24,737 nucleotides of DNA from a virus. Lineage: Duplodnaviria > Caudoviricetes. Under the pieces are notes generated by a model. It searched no databases, was not told the DNA's origin, and saw nothing but the letters and a program-made list of their open reading frames with translations. The stretch covers positions 1 to 24,737 of the IMG/VR virus record IMGVR_UViG_3300037419_000414. One strand, written 5' to 3'. Shown one piece after another: positions 24,564 through 24,737 of the stretch; the first letter of the stretch is position 1; each line of letters opens with the position of its first letter. The position numbers and the translations under genes are program-made.

Positions 24564-24700
24564 TGTCGCGTATCGAGCGCTAGGGGGGCCGGGTCCGCGC
24601 GCGTGGCGTTGGGGGGGGGTGCCCCGCCTCGAACGGCAACCCTCCGGCGCTGGCCGTCTCGAATAGGTCTAAGACTTGCCGCCGAGCGGCCGATCCGGCG

Positions 24701-24737
24701 CTAGTCGCCGCTCTGATCCGGCTCCGACTGCGAGACG
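24701..24737 (-). CDS. Possible 3' end of an upstream gene (perhaps the terminase small subunit)
   Basis: Frame reads VSQSEPDQSGD-TAG from the window edge. Too short to identify. Confidence 0.2.
   Translation of the reverse strand, partial: VSQSEPDQSGD

Noticed and set aside
1-24737. tRNA, rRNA, integrase, att site, transposase, intron or intein
   Set aside because: None recognised. TerL and portal have normal lengths. Whether this is a prophage or a free phage cannot be decided from this window.

Overview
The window is the late (packaging and virion) region of a GC-rich podovirus-type phage or prophage with a T7/BPP-1-like gene order. The host is probably an alphaproteobacterium (inferred from the GapR/DUF2312 gene). 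All credible genes are on the minus strand. Read right to left: a non-coding control region; a chain of small stop/start-coupled genes (including GapR, an HTH protein and two Cys/His-rich proteins); terminase large subunit; a small virion protein; a coiled-coil protein; portal; a Bbp19-like protein; scaffold; an Acb2/Tad1-family nucleotide sponge; a structured leader; major capsid; cement protein; adaptor; nozzle; a GNAT-like protein; four ejection proteins; a short tail fibre; and the start of a membrane protein. The most notable items are (1) a 1662-aa ejection protein carrying a lysozyme-like domain, a ParB-like domain and a cargo region that includes an apparently inactivated ComM/Mg-chelatase C-terminal domain, (2) an Acb2-like anti-defence gene inside the head module, (3) a multi-stem RNA-like leader before the capsid gene and (4) GapR coupled into the terminase operon. 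All family assignments come from motifs and gene order recognised by eye. No database searches were run.
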